Of a DNA stretch of 45,740 nucleotides, positions 6,019 to 16,083 are shown piece after piece. The DNA comes from a virus (Duplodnaviria > Caudoviricetes), in IMG/VR virus record IMGVR_UViG_3300044513_003981, positions 1 to 45,740 of that record; one strand, written 5' to 3'. A program made the translations under genes and the position numbers. Within the stretch, counting starts at the first letter, position 1. Every line of letters begins with the position of its first letter. Below the pieces are notes generated by a model. The model worked only from the letters and a program-made list of their open reading frames with translations, made no database searches and was not told the origin of the DNA.

Positions 6019-7934
6019 CCTAAAAAGACCTCTTTTCCCACTACTTTTTTGATGTTCAAAGGGATCTTCCCGCATTTCTTTTGTGTATCAACGAATCCTA
6101 GAGATTTCGTCTTTTGTTCTTCTCCGAAGAGTAGAAACAAAACATTATTAAAATTAACCTCTTCCCCGTTGTCCATAGTGGTCTGACCCTCTGATAGAAT
6201 TTGGACAAGAGCCTCTTCTGCTCCAGATCCTAATTCGTTTATGTCTTTAATGATAACTACGGGACTCTGTAAAATAGAAGTCTTTTGAGCTAAAGATATC
6301 AAATAGTCTTCTGAAAACCCTGATATAGAATGTTTATTTTTAAGAGATTTAGCTGAAATAACTACATTCGCAAGCCCTTTTCGCTTTAAGAAAGATTCTG
6401 TTATTTTACAAATACTTTTTACGTCGTCCTTTCCTCCATATAAGAATGTGGAGCTTGGGCAGTCCTTCTTTTTATCCAAAATCTCTGTTGCTACTTCTTT
6501 TAGCAATTTAACAAATCCAGATGTCTTTATTCCAATACTCTTAAACTCCTCGTTTAATTCTTTAATAAGATTTACATTGCCCAAAAGACCAGCCTTGTCT
6601 CTGAAGAAGGAGTTTAGAACTTTTTTTGTTACGATTTTCTCGTTGTCCATTTTGGATAAAGCGCAACAATGGTCAACAACATCTACAAACTTATCTGGAT
6701 ACTTTTTATTTGGTAAAAACAATTCACACATATTTATAGCGTCTTCTGAAAATCCTTCATAAAAAGACACTTCATTTATTTTCTCAAAATGAGAAATAAT
6801 ATTAGGCGCAATTTTTTGCAAATCAAAAGTCGAGGGCTGTATGATGTCAACTTTATCAAATCTCCTGTCTAAAGCCGCATCTCTTTTGAACTTCAAATTG
6901 TATTCATAGTCCGTGGTAGCACCAATACAAGAAAGCTCGCCTCTAGCCAAGTAGGGCTTTAAGATATTAGATGCTTCTAGATCTCCCTTCCTGCCTGTTC
7001 CTCCCGCTCCAATTAAAGTATGTATCTCGTCAAAAAACAATATGATGTTATCATATTTCTTGACCTCATCAATCAGACCTTTAATTCTTTCTTCGAAATC
7101 TCCTCTAAAAGCAGTTCCCGAAACCATATCAGTTAACGATACTTCGTAAATTACTTTATTTTTGAGAATGTCGGCCACATTGCCATTTACAATCTCTCTG
7201 GCAAGAATCTCAACCGTTGCTGTTTTACCTCCTCCAGCACAACCAACCAGAATAGGGTTAGGTTTGTTTGTTTTGCATAAAATTGTAGAGACTCTTTTTA
7301 GTCTTCCACCAAAATCCACTAAGCCATCATAATCTCCATTCGCAGCCTTTTTATTTAAATTAACAGCGAACTCTTCTATTATCTCATTATCAGATAATGC
7401 ATCAATGATGCAATGTCCTTCTTTATTTTGTTCAATATCTTTTTCTTCCTCTTCTTCTTTCTCTTCCTTCTCTTTCTTGGATTTAAATGAAACTAAGCTT
7501 ATATCAGAAATGAAAAGTAGAGTGGTAGATAATAAATCTTTAACATCATGACTGTTAGACTCTAACAATTTCGAAAAGACTTTGGACTGCTTCTTGCTAG
7601 AGAATAAAGAAAGAAGTAATACTTCTGCTGATATATCGTCTTGTTCTAAATAATCTGCTAACTCCTGTGCCGAAGCAAGGATCTTACTCACATCTTTATT
7701 GAAATTTGAAGAAGGCCTTTTGGAGGGCTTCTTTTCAGTAATCGAAGCGTAGAAAAATACAGCGACCTTACCTGCTTCTATACCCATAGTCTCAAAAATA
7801 GACTCTACTGACATAGAATGATTTGAAAATATTGAATACCAAAGACAATCTAAGCAAATATAAGGTCTTTGTAGATCTTCCGCTGTTTCCTTCGCATAGT
7901 TCAGTATATTTTTAACGTCCTTGGAGTATTTCAT
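6015..7934 (-). CDS. clpA: ClpA/ClpC-like AAA+ ATPase with degenerate second ATPase domain
   Basis: Two Clp-N-like repeats. D1 has Walker A GCAGGGKT, pore loop GTAFRGDFEER, Walker B FFDEIH and DAALDRRF. D2 lacks Walker motifs but keeps SLGF. Confidence 0.85.
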   Translation of the reverse strand: MKYSKDVKNILNYAKETAEDLQRPYICLDCLWYSIFSNHSMSVESIFETMGIEAGKVAVFFYASITEKKPSKRPSSNFNKDVSKILASAQELADYLEQDDISAEVLLLSLFSSKKQSKVFSKLLESNSHDVKDLLSTTLLFISDISLVSFKSKKEKEEKEEEEEKDIEQNKEGHCIIDALSDNEIIEEFAVNLNKKAANGDYDGLVDFGGRLKRVSTILCKTNKPNPILVGCAGGGKTATVEILAREIVNGNVADILKNKVIYEVSLTDMVSGTAFRGDFEERIKGLIDEVKKYDNIILFFDEIHTLIGAGGTGRKGDLEASNILKPYLARGELSCIGATTDYEYNLKFKRDAALDRRFDKVDIIQPSTFDLQKIAPNIISHFEKINEVSFYEGFSEDAINMCELFLPNKKYPDKFVDVVDHCCALSKMDNEKIVTKKVLNSFFRDKAGLLGNVNLIKELNEEFKSIGIKTSGFVKLLKEVATEILDKKKDCPSSTFLYGGKDDVKSICKITESFLKRKGLANVVISAKSLKNKHSISGFSEDYLISLAQKTSILQSPVVIIKDINELGSGAEEALVQILSEGQTTMDNGEEVNFNNVLFLLFGEEQKTKSLGFVDTQKKCGKIPLNIKKVVGKEVFLG

Positions 7935-10468
7935 TTAAGCTCTTTAATCTTTAAATACACTTTACTGTCTAAAAGGTTCAAGTTATTAACCCAAAGCGTT
8001 CCTCTTGAATATCCGCCCCTCATAATAATGATATCTCCTTTATTAATTGTATTGCCTTCTAAGAATCTTGACAACCCTTCACCTCTCCAATCTCCAAAAA
8101 GGCATTTGGCCTTATCAGAATCATCAGAGACCTCAAGGGTCATATAACGTATCCCGTTTGAATCCAATCTGATATCAAAATCGTCAACTTGACCTACCAT
8201 TCTAAACTTTTCAAGCCTATCTTCCTTTGCTTGCTTAAGCAGCGTGAGGTCTTGAGCATCATTGAAACAATTAATTAAATTTGATGTTGGAGAGTATCCT
8301 AAAAGGTTTCTTTCAAACCACCATGTAGAAAGTTTGCCCCTTTTCTTGTTTTCCAAATAAAGAGTTTTATAAGGCTCAAATTTTCTTTTGAATGTTTCGA
8401 ATCTAGACGATTTCATTATAACTTTATTGTCGTCTCCTCTTATTTCATCAATTACACAATCAGAAATTGATTGAAGCAAATCATAATTATATTTCTCACC
8501 CAATTTGTAAAATTGCCTCTTCTCCCTGTCTGTGAGGATATTGTAAGCTTGAGCTTCTAAAGCCTTTCTAGATCTGTTGTCCAAACCCAAGGCCCCTGCA
8601 TAAATCATAGAGCTTAAAACTCCAATGTTAATTGAGCACTGCTTGGCATAGGCAAAAACATCATATTTGTTTTGAGGCTCTAAGTCTACAAAGTCTTCTA
8701 GTCTATCCCTGCTCTTTTGAGATATGCCCTTAATTGATTTCAATCCATACCTAATATTATCACCTTCGATTGTGAAGTTCATTGAAGATGTCTCAAGACT
8801 AGGCGGTAATAATTTAATTCCAAAATCATCCAACTCCCTATTGACTTCCGCCACTACTTCTAGTGGGTCTTGCTCAAACTCAGAAACCTCTAAAATAGAA
8901 GTAAAGAATTCCTTTGGGTGTTTATATTTAAGCCAAACTGTTTTTGCAGCAAGTGTCGCATAGCATACCGCGTGGCTCAAGTTGAAGGAATAATTGGCAC
9001 TAGCCTCTAAAGCATTCCAAAAGTATTCAGCTAAATCTTTATTAAGCCCTTTTTTCTCGGCAGCTTGAAAAACCTTCGCCTTCCAAGCTGGCATTTCATC
9101 AACCTTTTTCTTTCCTACGATTCTTCGTAGTGTCTCTGCATCATCTAGAGACATTCCAAACACTCTATTTGAAATGTTCATAAGTTGCTCTTGGAAGAGG
9201 ATTACGTTCTTAGATTTAGAAAGGATCTTATCTAGTTCCTGATCCATTTCTAAAGGGATAAAATTATCCTTTTGATTTACATAATCAGAAACAAATTGCA
9301 AGGCAGCTGGTCTTGCCAACGCTACAACATCTGCTAATTCTCCTAAGTTATTAGGTTTAACATCTTTTGTTACTTGAAAGTTTGTATCAGCCGAAATTTG
9401 AAATAACCCACAAGGATAATTAAAATCCTGTAAACATTCATAAATAAAAGGATCATTCTCATCTACATCCTCTAGTTTTATTCCAATTTTTTCGCAAGCT
9501 CTACTAGCAATGGAAAGAGTTCTAAGACCAAGAATATCAAACTTAACCATCAAGTCGGCTACGTCATTCATATCGTAACCTGAAATTAGATCACCGTCTT
9601 TTGTCTTTTGAAGCGGAATAACGTCTCTAATATTCGTAGAACAAATAGCGATACCAGAAGGGTGAACTCCTGTATTTTTATTTAAGTCCTCAATCAGTAA
9701 AGCATATTTATAAACTTTAGAATTACTGTCGCACCAATCTTTAAATCTCTCTACCTCTTCATAAGACCTCTTTAATGAAAACAAATTCCCATGCTCTTTT
9801 GGAATCATATCACTAACTTTATTAGCCTCTTCGTCTGAAACTCCAGCAAAAAATTTAGCAGCCTCCTTGATGCATAGTTTAGAAGAAAAGGTATTGAAGG
9901 TAAGGATCTTTGAGGTTCTTCCTTCGTGCTTCTCTTCAATATATTTAATCACATCACCTCTGTTATCATTAGAGATGTCTGTGTCAACATCAGGAGCAAG
10001 AGACCCGACAATAAATTCTTTCCCATTCTTGTCTACAATCTTTTTAGCTCTATTTTTAGATACGAATCTCTCAAAGAAAAGATCATGGGGTATGGGGTCT
10101 TTATCAGTTACTCCTAATAAGTAAAGAACCAAACTACCAGCAGCCGAACCTCTGCCGCTTCCCACTACGAAGTCATTACACTTCGCGTAATCAATTACTT
10201 CCCAATTCAATAAAATATAATCTACAAAACCTAATTCCTCAAAAACATCAATCTCGTATTTAGCTCTATCGTAGTATTCTGTTTTGTTAGAAAGCTTGTC
10301 GATGCCTCTTCTCTTAATTCCTCTTTTCGTTAACTCTTTGAGAAGCTCAACACTAGATATATCTTTTGGCAGACCTAAAGACTCCAAATCTTTATCTGTC
10401 AATTTAATTTTAGGAAGCTCTAAACCTGCTGGTTCGAAATCTTCATATTTTACAAAATCTTTAAACAT
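7931..10468 (-). CDS. dnaE: DNA polymerase III alpha (family C) catalytic subunit lacking the N-terminal PHP domain
   Basis: GRGSAAGSLVLYLLGVT, FERF, PDVDTD, GVHPSG, KFDILGL, LFQEQLM, YSFNLSHA and IRYGLKSIKGI motifs; C-terminal OB-like region. Confidence 0.95.
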   Translation of the reverse strand: MFKDFVKYEDFEPAGLELPKIKLTDKDLESLGLPKDISSVELLKELTKRGIKRRGIDKLSNKTEYYDRAKYEIDVFEELGFVDYILLNWEVIDYAKCNDFVVGSGRGSAAGSLVLYLLGVTDKDPIPHDLFFERFVSKNRAKKIVDKNGKEFIVGSLAPDVDTDISNDNRGDVIKYIEEKHEGRTSKILTFNTFSSKLCIKEAAKFFAGVSDEEANKVSDMIPKEHGNLFSLKRSYEEVERFKDWCDSNSKVYKYALLIEDLNKNTGVHPSGIAICSTNIRDVIPLQKTKDGDLISGYDMNDVADLMVKFDILGLRTLSIASRACEKIGIKLEDVDENDPFIYECLQDFNYPCGLFQISADTNFQVTKDVKPNNLGELADVVALARPAALQFVSDYVNQKDNFIPLEMDQELDKILSKSKNVILFQEQLMNISNRVFGMSLDDAETLRRIVGKKKVDEMPAWKAKVFQAAEKKGLNKDLAEYFWNALEASANYSFNLSHAVCYATLAAKTVWLKYKHPKEFFTSILEVSEFEQDPLEVVAEVNRELDDFGIKLLPPSLETSSMNFTIEGDNIRYGLKSIKGISQKSRDRLEDFVDLEPQNKYDVFAYAKQCSINIGVLSSMIYAGALGLDNRSRKALEAQAYNILTDREKRQFYKLGEKYNYDLLQSISDCVIDEIRGDDNKVIMKSSRFETFKRKFEPYKTLYLENKKRGKLSTWWFERNLLGYSPTSNLINCFNDAQDLTLLKQAKEDRLEKFRMVGQVDDFDIRLDSNGIRYMTLEVSDDSDKAKCLFGDWRGEGLSRFLEGNTINKGDIIIMRGGYSRGTLWVNNLNLLDSKVYLKIKELK

Positions 10469-10559
10469 TTCTTAAAATCTTAAACGCTTCTTTTTCGTCT
10501 TGAATAACTGGAATAGATTCTTTAACCAAAAATTGTCTTAATTTCTACATTTGTTAGAC

Positions 10560-11204
10560 TCAAAGCTCAAGAATCTTCCTAAGTTGTTTGAAGATTTCCC
10601 AAGTCATTTCGCAGTCATACAGCCCATTATGCAAAAGTCCCTCATCATGCTCAATACCAAAATACTTCAACAACATTTTTTGACTTACTCTTCCTTTTAA
10701 GCTTCTATCATTCAATACCTTATATTGCCACTGCACTATATCACCTTTTCGGGGCTTTTCAAGATTATTCTTTTCAGCCAAGGCTAAGGGCCTAGTATCT
10801 AGAATCCTATCAATAAAGGAAAAGTCGATATCTTCTCCACAAATCTCAGCCAATACAGCTAGAATATGAATATCATATTTTAAAATGTTTTGACCAACTA
10901 ATTTGTAAGAAGGGTCATAAAGCAATTCTTTGAATTCGTCCCAAGCTTTATCTGGTGCAATTTTATTTTGGTCGAAAAGCTTCTGATCAAAGCCACAAAG
11001 TTTTTTGATAAATGGTTTTAAACAAAGCCCTTCAATATCAATATAAAGTTGTTTCTTTCTAATTACACTGTTGCCTTGAGCGATCAGATAGGACAACTCC
11101 CAAGGCCTAGAATATCTAAGGTTGAGTCCCTCAGTCTCAGCGTCGAATATAATATATTTCTGATCGTATTTGAGCATATAATTGAACCTCTTTGTCCTCT
11201 TCAA
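10560..11204 (-). CDS. DEDDh 3'-5' exonuclease (DnaQ/epsilon-like)
   Basis: ExoI IIFDAETEG, ExoII GQNILKYD, ExoIII LHNGLYDC. Confidence 0.85.
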   Translation of the reverse strand: MKRTKRFNYMLKYDQKYIIFDAETEGLNLRYSRPWELSYLIAQGNSVIRKKQLYIDIEGLCLKPFIKKLCGFDQKLFDQNKIAPDKAWDEFKELLYDPSYKLVGQNILKYDIHILAVLAEICGEDIDFSFIDRILDTRPLALAEKNNLEKPRKGDIVQWQYKVLNDRSLKGRVSQKMLLKYFGIEHDEGLLHNGLYDCEMTWEIFKQLRKILEL

Positions 11205-11209
11205 TGATA

Positions 11210-11980
11210 TTATTTCGCAATCAATCCAAGCAATTGCTTTGCTTCTTTAGGCCCAATATCATTAAACGATTTCCAATCCTTAACCTTTGGGTTCTTGAAA
11301 GATCCGTCTTTCCAAAGTCCTCTCAACTTCTCTTTAAATGATTCAAAATCTGAATAGCCTTTTTCAGCGGCTTTCTTTGCCAAGGTGTTCTGAGGAGAGA
11401 AGTTCGCAGTTCCAACTGTTTCAGAAACCCTTTCTTCTTTAGGGCTTTTATCAATTTCGTCAGCGCCAACGATGGGGATGTTTAAAAATCCTCTAACGCA
11501 TCTTACAAATGCGCGATTTTCTGCAATTGATTCTAGAAACTTTCTTGCAAAATTATCGGTATTCGCAAGTGTCGCGTTCGCAATACTAGAAAAGGTATTG
11601 GAGTGAGATTCTTTATTCTCGTAATTAGGGATAAAATCAATAATACAACTGACTACAGCCCTTTCATCAGAACTTTCCTCTACATTATAAGTCACGCTAG
11701 AAAATCCCCTTAATTTTGCTAACTCTCTAATTCCGGCCAATTTAATAAGGAGTTGATTATCCTCCAGTCCTGCGACAGAATTTGGAACTTCTTTCCCTCT
11801 CGACTCAAACCAGTCTCTATTTGGGTAGAGGTGCTCCTCTGAAACCATCCCTCTCCAATCAACTGATCCATCTTCTTTAAAGATATATTGGTGCGATTCT
11901 AATAACCCGCTTTCGTCTCTCTGGAAAAGTTTTGGGCCTTTTGTATTGTCAATTTTTTTACTCATATCTAATCTTACCAC
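11210..11980 (-). CDS. Putative single-strand annealing protein (Rad52/Sak-like)
   Basis: LLIKLAGIRELAKLRG and SIAENRAFVRCVRGFLNI resemble the AETRAxxRAxR helix of Rad52-fold SSAPs; adjacent to an exonuclease. Confidence 0.5.
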   Translation of the reverse strand: MVRLDMSKKIDNTKGPKLFQRDESGLLESHQYIFKEDGSVDWRGMVSEEHLYPNRDWFESRGKEVPNSVAGLEDNQLLIKLAGIRELAKLRGFSSVTYNVEESSDERAVVSCIIDFIPNYENKESHSNTFSSIANATLANTDNFARKFLESIAENRAFVRCVRGFLNIPIVGADEIDKSPKEERVSETVGTANFSPQNTLAKKAAEKGYSDFESFKEKLRGLWKDGSFKNPKVKDWKSFNDIGPKEAKQLLGLIAK

Positions 11981-13167
11981 AATTCCTCTTCGCTGTCAAC
12001 TGGTTTGTTTGAATCCTTCCTAACTTCAAACCCTTTTTCTTGAGCTTGTTTGTTCTTCTCTCTATTGTATTTTAAATTAGAGAACGAGGGGCATCCTGAA
12101 TACCATCTCTTTTCTATCTTTTGATTCTTTTCTAAGTTAGGCAAGTCTTTCCTTTTCTTGCTTGAAGCTATAACTTTTCCTTTTTCATCTAAAGCGACGT
12201 AATAATAAAAGGGAAATTTCTGAGGACAAAACCACCTCGTATCTCCATTTGGTTTTTTCTCATTTGGACTTTCAACAGGAACTAATTTACCCCCAACATT
12301 TTTAATTCCACATTTTAAAATTCCAGAAAACCCGTGATACTTTCCTAAAAACCCTTTTTTAGCAGCCATATTAGACAAAGCTAATTCTTCATCAAAATTA
12401 TCAACAACTTTTTGTATATCTGTTAAGAAATGTTCTAACCCATCAAGTTCTGAATCGTCAACGTCCGGCGTCAATAATATCCCGCCCTTCTTCTCAGACT
12501 GAGACTCGCAATCAAATTGTAAAAAAACAAACTCCATGTGCCTTTTAATATATTCGGGATATAGCTTCTTTACAGCGAGTCTGTAAATAAGATCTTGGAT
12601 ATTGTCATCAACATCCTTGCCCTCAAATTTTCTCTTACTGCTTTTGAAGTCTCTAATCACAGCAGAGCAGGACTCTTTAAATAAGAATAGCTTATCTATA
12701 AATCCTCTAACTCTGTAAGAGAGATCCCCTTCTTCTACTTCAATATCAAAGTCTTTCTCTGAAATAGATTTATAAGGTTCCCCTTCTTCGCTATTTTTAC
12801 AAAAGAAATCATAATTGAGACCTTCTAATAGCATCCTCTCAATCAAATCAATCAGTTGGACATCTTCTCCATGAGCCGAGATTGTCCATTGCTCTGGATC
12901 GAAGCCTCTTTTAAGAAGGTAGAGTCTTGCGTATCTTTCTATAGCTGGAACGCATTCTATATTTTGGTTCTTTATGAGCTTATCGTAATAATGCTTTCTT
13001 CTTTTTTCGCCTAAGAATTCGTAGATGTTGTGGCAAGCAGATCCCATAGCAGATCCAGTATTATCTGAATCTGGGAGCTTTAAGATGTAACTACAATAGT
13101 AATCCCAACTGCAAGTATCTAAGCACTTGATTCTACTCGCTGATAGCGGCACTTTCGATTTTTTCAT
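11974..13167 (-). CDS. PD-(D/E)XK exonuclease, Cas4/AddB-like (start probably ATG 13167)
   Basis: LSASRIK, C.W.YY, GSACH, RGFIDKL, IRDFKSS and QDLIY motifs, plus C-terminal cysteines (LKCG, WFCP, SGCP). Promoter TTCAAA-17-GATAAT at 13205-13177. Confidence 0.8.
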   Translation of the reverse strand: MKKSKVPLSASRIKCLDTCSWDYYCSYILKLPDSDNTGSAMGSACHNIYEFLGEKRRKHYYDKLIKNQNIECVPAIERYARLYLLKRGFDPEQWTISAHGEDVQLIDLIERMLLEGLNYDFFCKNSEEGEPYKSISEKDFDIEVEEGDLSYRVRGFIDKLFLFKESCSAVIRDFKSSKRKFEGKDVDDNIQDLIYRLAVKKLYPEYIKRHMEFVFLQFDCESQSEKKGGILLTPDVDDSELDGLEHFLTDIQKVVDNFDEELALSNMAAKKGFLGKYHGFSGILKCGIKNVGGKLVPVESPNEKKPNGDTRWFCPQKFPFYYYVALDEKGKVIASSKKRKDLPNLEKNQKIEKRWYSGCPSFSNLKYNREKNKQAQEKGFEVRKDSNKPVDSEEELW

Positions 13168-13244
13168 TTTTATTAAATTATCTAACAGAGGCAACATCTT
13201 TTGAATAACCAAACTTTTCGAACCAAACTCTAAATTTAACCTCT

Positions 13245-14288
13245 CTATCCATTATACAAAAACTCAAACTCCTTATTTAATTTCCTAACTTTGGCCCTTA
13301 GAGACTTCGAAATGTTAGCTTTCGGCGCATAATCTATAATCCTCTGAATTGATTCCTTGTGAGCTTCTTCTGAAAAATCCAAAGATTCCCTCCACTCTTT
13401 TACCAACCCCTCTCCCTTCTCTCTCATATCTCCGAAGTCTCCAGACGGAGGTGGGTAGAACCAAATTCTATCAAGATCATAAACGTCTATCAACTTTAAA
13501 ATAGAAGAAAGAGCGCCATCGAACCCTCTATTCTGATCTTCATCATTATTAAAGCTCAATACAATATCGCAATCTTTAGAAATAAGCCTTGAGATCAATC
13601 TTGGGGTCAAATTATTAGAAAAAGCCACAATGTTGTTTTTTACGCCTTCTTCAAAAAGAGCCATTGAATCTCCAATGGACTCAACAACAAAAAGCCTTTT
13701 TTGTTCTTGTGCTTTTTGTTTTACCCCTTCTACTGAAAAGTAAGGGTAGAACCAATCTGCGGCTTTGCCATAATGAAGCCACTTAACAGAATTACCATCA
13801 AGAACCCATCTGCCAGAAAATCCATGAATCTGGTCGTCCTCTCTAAAGATAGGAAATACAATTCTTCTGTAAAGCTTTCCGCCAGTAGCCAATCCGCAAT
13901 TATATTTCTTTTGAGTGGCTTCCGTTATCCCTCTTTTTTCGTAAAACGAATAATCAGGCAATAGCTTTTTCAAAGCCTCCTTGCTAAATGTCTTTTCTTC
14001 TTTCAAAAGTTCTCTTGTGTGTCTGCTGAAATTGAATGAATTATTTTTTAAAATATAATCCACGTTATCGGTTTTGAATGTCTTTTTCAATAAGACTTCA
14101 AAAGGTAAGGCTCTTCCCCCTTCTACGAAGTCTGTCCATACGCCACTGTCTTTGAAAATAGAAATGGCAGTTGGATTATCTCCGTCTCTAAATACCGCTG
14201 AAGTTTGCCAGAAATGGCCTCTATCAGAAAGTTTGTATCCAGCATCTCTTAAAATTGTAGCATAATCTATTGAGTTCTCAGCTTTCAT
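13245..14288 (-). CDS. dnaG: DnaG-type DNA primase
   Basis: RIVFPI..E..QIHGFSGR, KWLH, TOPRIM VVESIGDSMAL, SFNNDED and DFGDM motifs. Confidence 0.8.
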   Translation of the reverse strand: MKAENSIDYATILRDAGYKLSDRGHFWQTSAVFRDGDNPTAISIFKDSGVWTDFVEGGRALPFEVLLKKTFKTDNVDYILKNNSFNFSRHTRELLKEEKTFSKEALKKLLPDYSFYEKRGITEATQKKYNCGLATGGKLYRRIVFPIFREDDQIHGFSGRWVLDGNSVKWLHYGKAADWFYPYFSVEGVKQKAQEQKRLFVVESIGDSMALFEEGVKNNIVAFSNNLTPRLISRLISKDCDIVLSFNNDEDQNRGFDGALSSILKLIDVYDLDRIWFYPPPSGDFGDMREKGEGLVKEWRESLDFSEEAHKESIQRIIDYAPKANISKSLRAKVRKLNKEFEFLYNG

Positions 14289-14297
14289 TCTTCTTTA

Positions 14298-15821
14298 CTA
14301 AAATCCGTCTGGAAGCTCTTGGTTTGAATTAGTTTCGGCATCTAAGTCACTCCCTTCCCTGTTCTTTACAATTGATCTAAGATCTCCCCTATCTTTTACA
14401 TTAAAGTTCTCGATACTTATATTAATGAAATTGTCTTTCGGCCCTTCTTCCGTTTCAATCGGGTTCAGGTGCGCGAATGGATCTTCCCCCAAATGTCTAG
14501 CGACAGTAGGGATCATTTTATGCGTTCCAAAACATTCTCCTTCGTCAACAATTTCCTCAATAGATTTCTTTCTAAGAATAAAAAGATGAGAGCAAAATTG
14601 AGTAATGTTATCAGAAAGAGAAACAATTGATTCGTCATCAGTAGCTCCGTTTCGAGCATTGTTGATTCCAGATCTATTAGCTTGAACAGAGGTAACCATA
14701 GAAACCACTGGCTTTCCGTCGAATTTCAACTCTCTGCTGATGGTTTGTTTGAAATCGTGAAGAGTTTTCCCTACATAAGCCCATTCGCTTCCTTTACCTA
14801 GATTGGAGAAATCAGTCTTCAAATAGTCGAAAGAAAAGATGAGTTCATTACCTCTGCCAACTTCTGAAAAGTAAATTCTCTTAAGCGCCGAAGTCATTTC
14901 CTCAGAAGTCATACCAGCTACATTTTTGTAAAGGATTTTAATTCCTTTAATGTTTTTCCAAACCTCTCTTACTTTATCTACGACCTGTTTCGCACTAAGG
15001 TCTTGATAACCATGTGTCCTCCACTTTCCACTTTCAAGCAAATGAACTGGAATACCAGAGGCACAAGCTACCATTCTGAAGACTAGCTCTTCTTCAGACA
15101 TCTCCCCGTTATCAAAATGCAAAACAGGAACTTTGTATTTGTATGCTGTTTTGAGTAAATAGTCTAACATCACAGTGGTTTTTCCAGCTTTTGAGCGAGC
15201 ACAAAACACAAGGATATTCGCGGGTCTTAGAAGAGACCCATAAATTTTATTGATCGTTGGGTGGGGTCCCATATAGCCGACTTCTTCTGGCGGGTTCTCC
15301 CCTCTGTCTTCGACTATATCTTCTGCGATATCGATTAAATTAACAAGGCTATCCTCCTCGCTTTCAAATGAATTGATCGTATCGTTATGAATTTTATCTA
15401 ATCCATCTACTATTTCAGAGTATTTTAAATTCGGATCAACCTTTTTAGCAAATTGCTGAATCCTCATACCCTCATCGAATGCCTTCCTTCTAACGGAAAT
15501 CTTTTTGAGTTCTTTGATCGAACTTTCAAAAACACCCTTTGTAATTTTACTGAAGTTTAGGTTCCTAATATATTCAGAAATGTCAATAGCATCTGGAAAT
15601 GTCATTCCAGAACGAGTGACCCTTTCAATTAAAATTGTCTCATCGAGAGCTTCTGCATTATTAAGTGCAGACCTCATCATTTTAAACAAAGTAATATTAA
15701 CTTGAGAATCCTCAGAGAAGAAATCATCTTCTTTGATAATCAAACTCACTTGAGGCCACTCATCTTGGTGCTGCATCACTCCTGCCAGCACATTTGTTTC
15801 TAACGATAAATTCTTAATCAT
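14298..15821 (-). CDS. dnaB: DnaB-like replicative helicase
   Basis: DnaB N-terminal domain (ETNVLAG..., DDFF), Walker A ARSKAGKT, DNGEMS, FDYLK and SVQANR. Confidence 0.9.
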   Translation of the reverse strand: MIKNLSLETNVLAGVMQHQDEWPQVSLIIKEDDFFSEDSQVNITLFKMMRSALNNAEALDETILIERVTRSGMTFPDAIDISEYIRNLNFSKITKGVFESSIKELKKISVRRKAFDEGMRIQQFAKKVDPNLKYSEIVDGLDKIHNDTINSFESEEDSLVNLIDIAEDIVEDRGENPPEEVGYMGPHPTINKIYGSLLRPANILVFCARSKAGKTTVMLDYLLKTAYKYKVPVLHFDNGEMSEEELVFRMVACASGIPVHLLESGKWRTHGYQDLSAKQVVDKVREVWKNIKGIKILYKNVAGMTSEEMTSALKRIYFSEVGRGNELIFSFDYLKTDFSNLGKGSEWAYVGKTLHDFKQTISRELKFDGKPVVSMVTSVQANRSGINNARNGATDDESIVSLSDNITQFCSHLFILRKKSIEEIVDEGECFGTHKMIPTVARHLGEDPFAHLNPIETEEGPKDNFINISIENFNVKDRGDLRSIVKNREGSDLDAETNSNQELPDGF

Positions 15822-16083
15822 CTAAATCTAAATCAAAGTCCTCCGTAAATATATCACTTTCTTCTGCATCTTTTATCAATACTTCTATTCCTTTTTGAAC
15901 TCCCATTCTTGAGGCATTGTTTTCAAACTTTGTAATGCAAGTGGGATCTCCCTCTGCATTAATATAAAACAAATAAAATCCCTTGTTGCCTCCTTTGGTC
16001 GTTCCTGTTCTATCGTATAATTTAGATAGTAAGGAATCTGGCAACTCTGTGTGCTTATTTTCTTCCATAATTTTTATATTCAT
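15814..16083 (-). CDS. Hypothetical protein in the replication operon
   Basis: 89-aa ORF coupled between the PHP and helicase genes; acidic C-terminus. Confidence 0.7.
   Translation of the reverse strand: MNIKIMEENKHTELPDSLLSKLYDRTGTTKGGNKGFYLFYINAEGDPTCITKFENNASRMGVQKGIEVLIKDAEESDIFTEDFDLDLDD

Noticed and set aside
7931-10468. Intein or intron in DnaE, DnaB, RecA or RNR
   Set aside because: Sizes are normal or short, and I saw no C/S...HN-C/S/T splice motifs or LAGLIDADG blocks.
11974-13212. CRISPR-Cas locus (Cas4)
   Set aside because: No array or other cas genes seen; stand-alone Cas4/AddB-like nucleases are common in phages.
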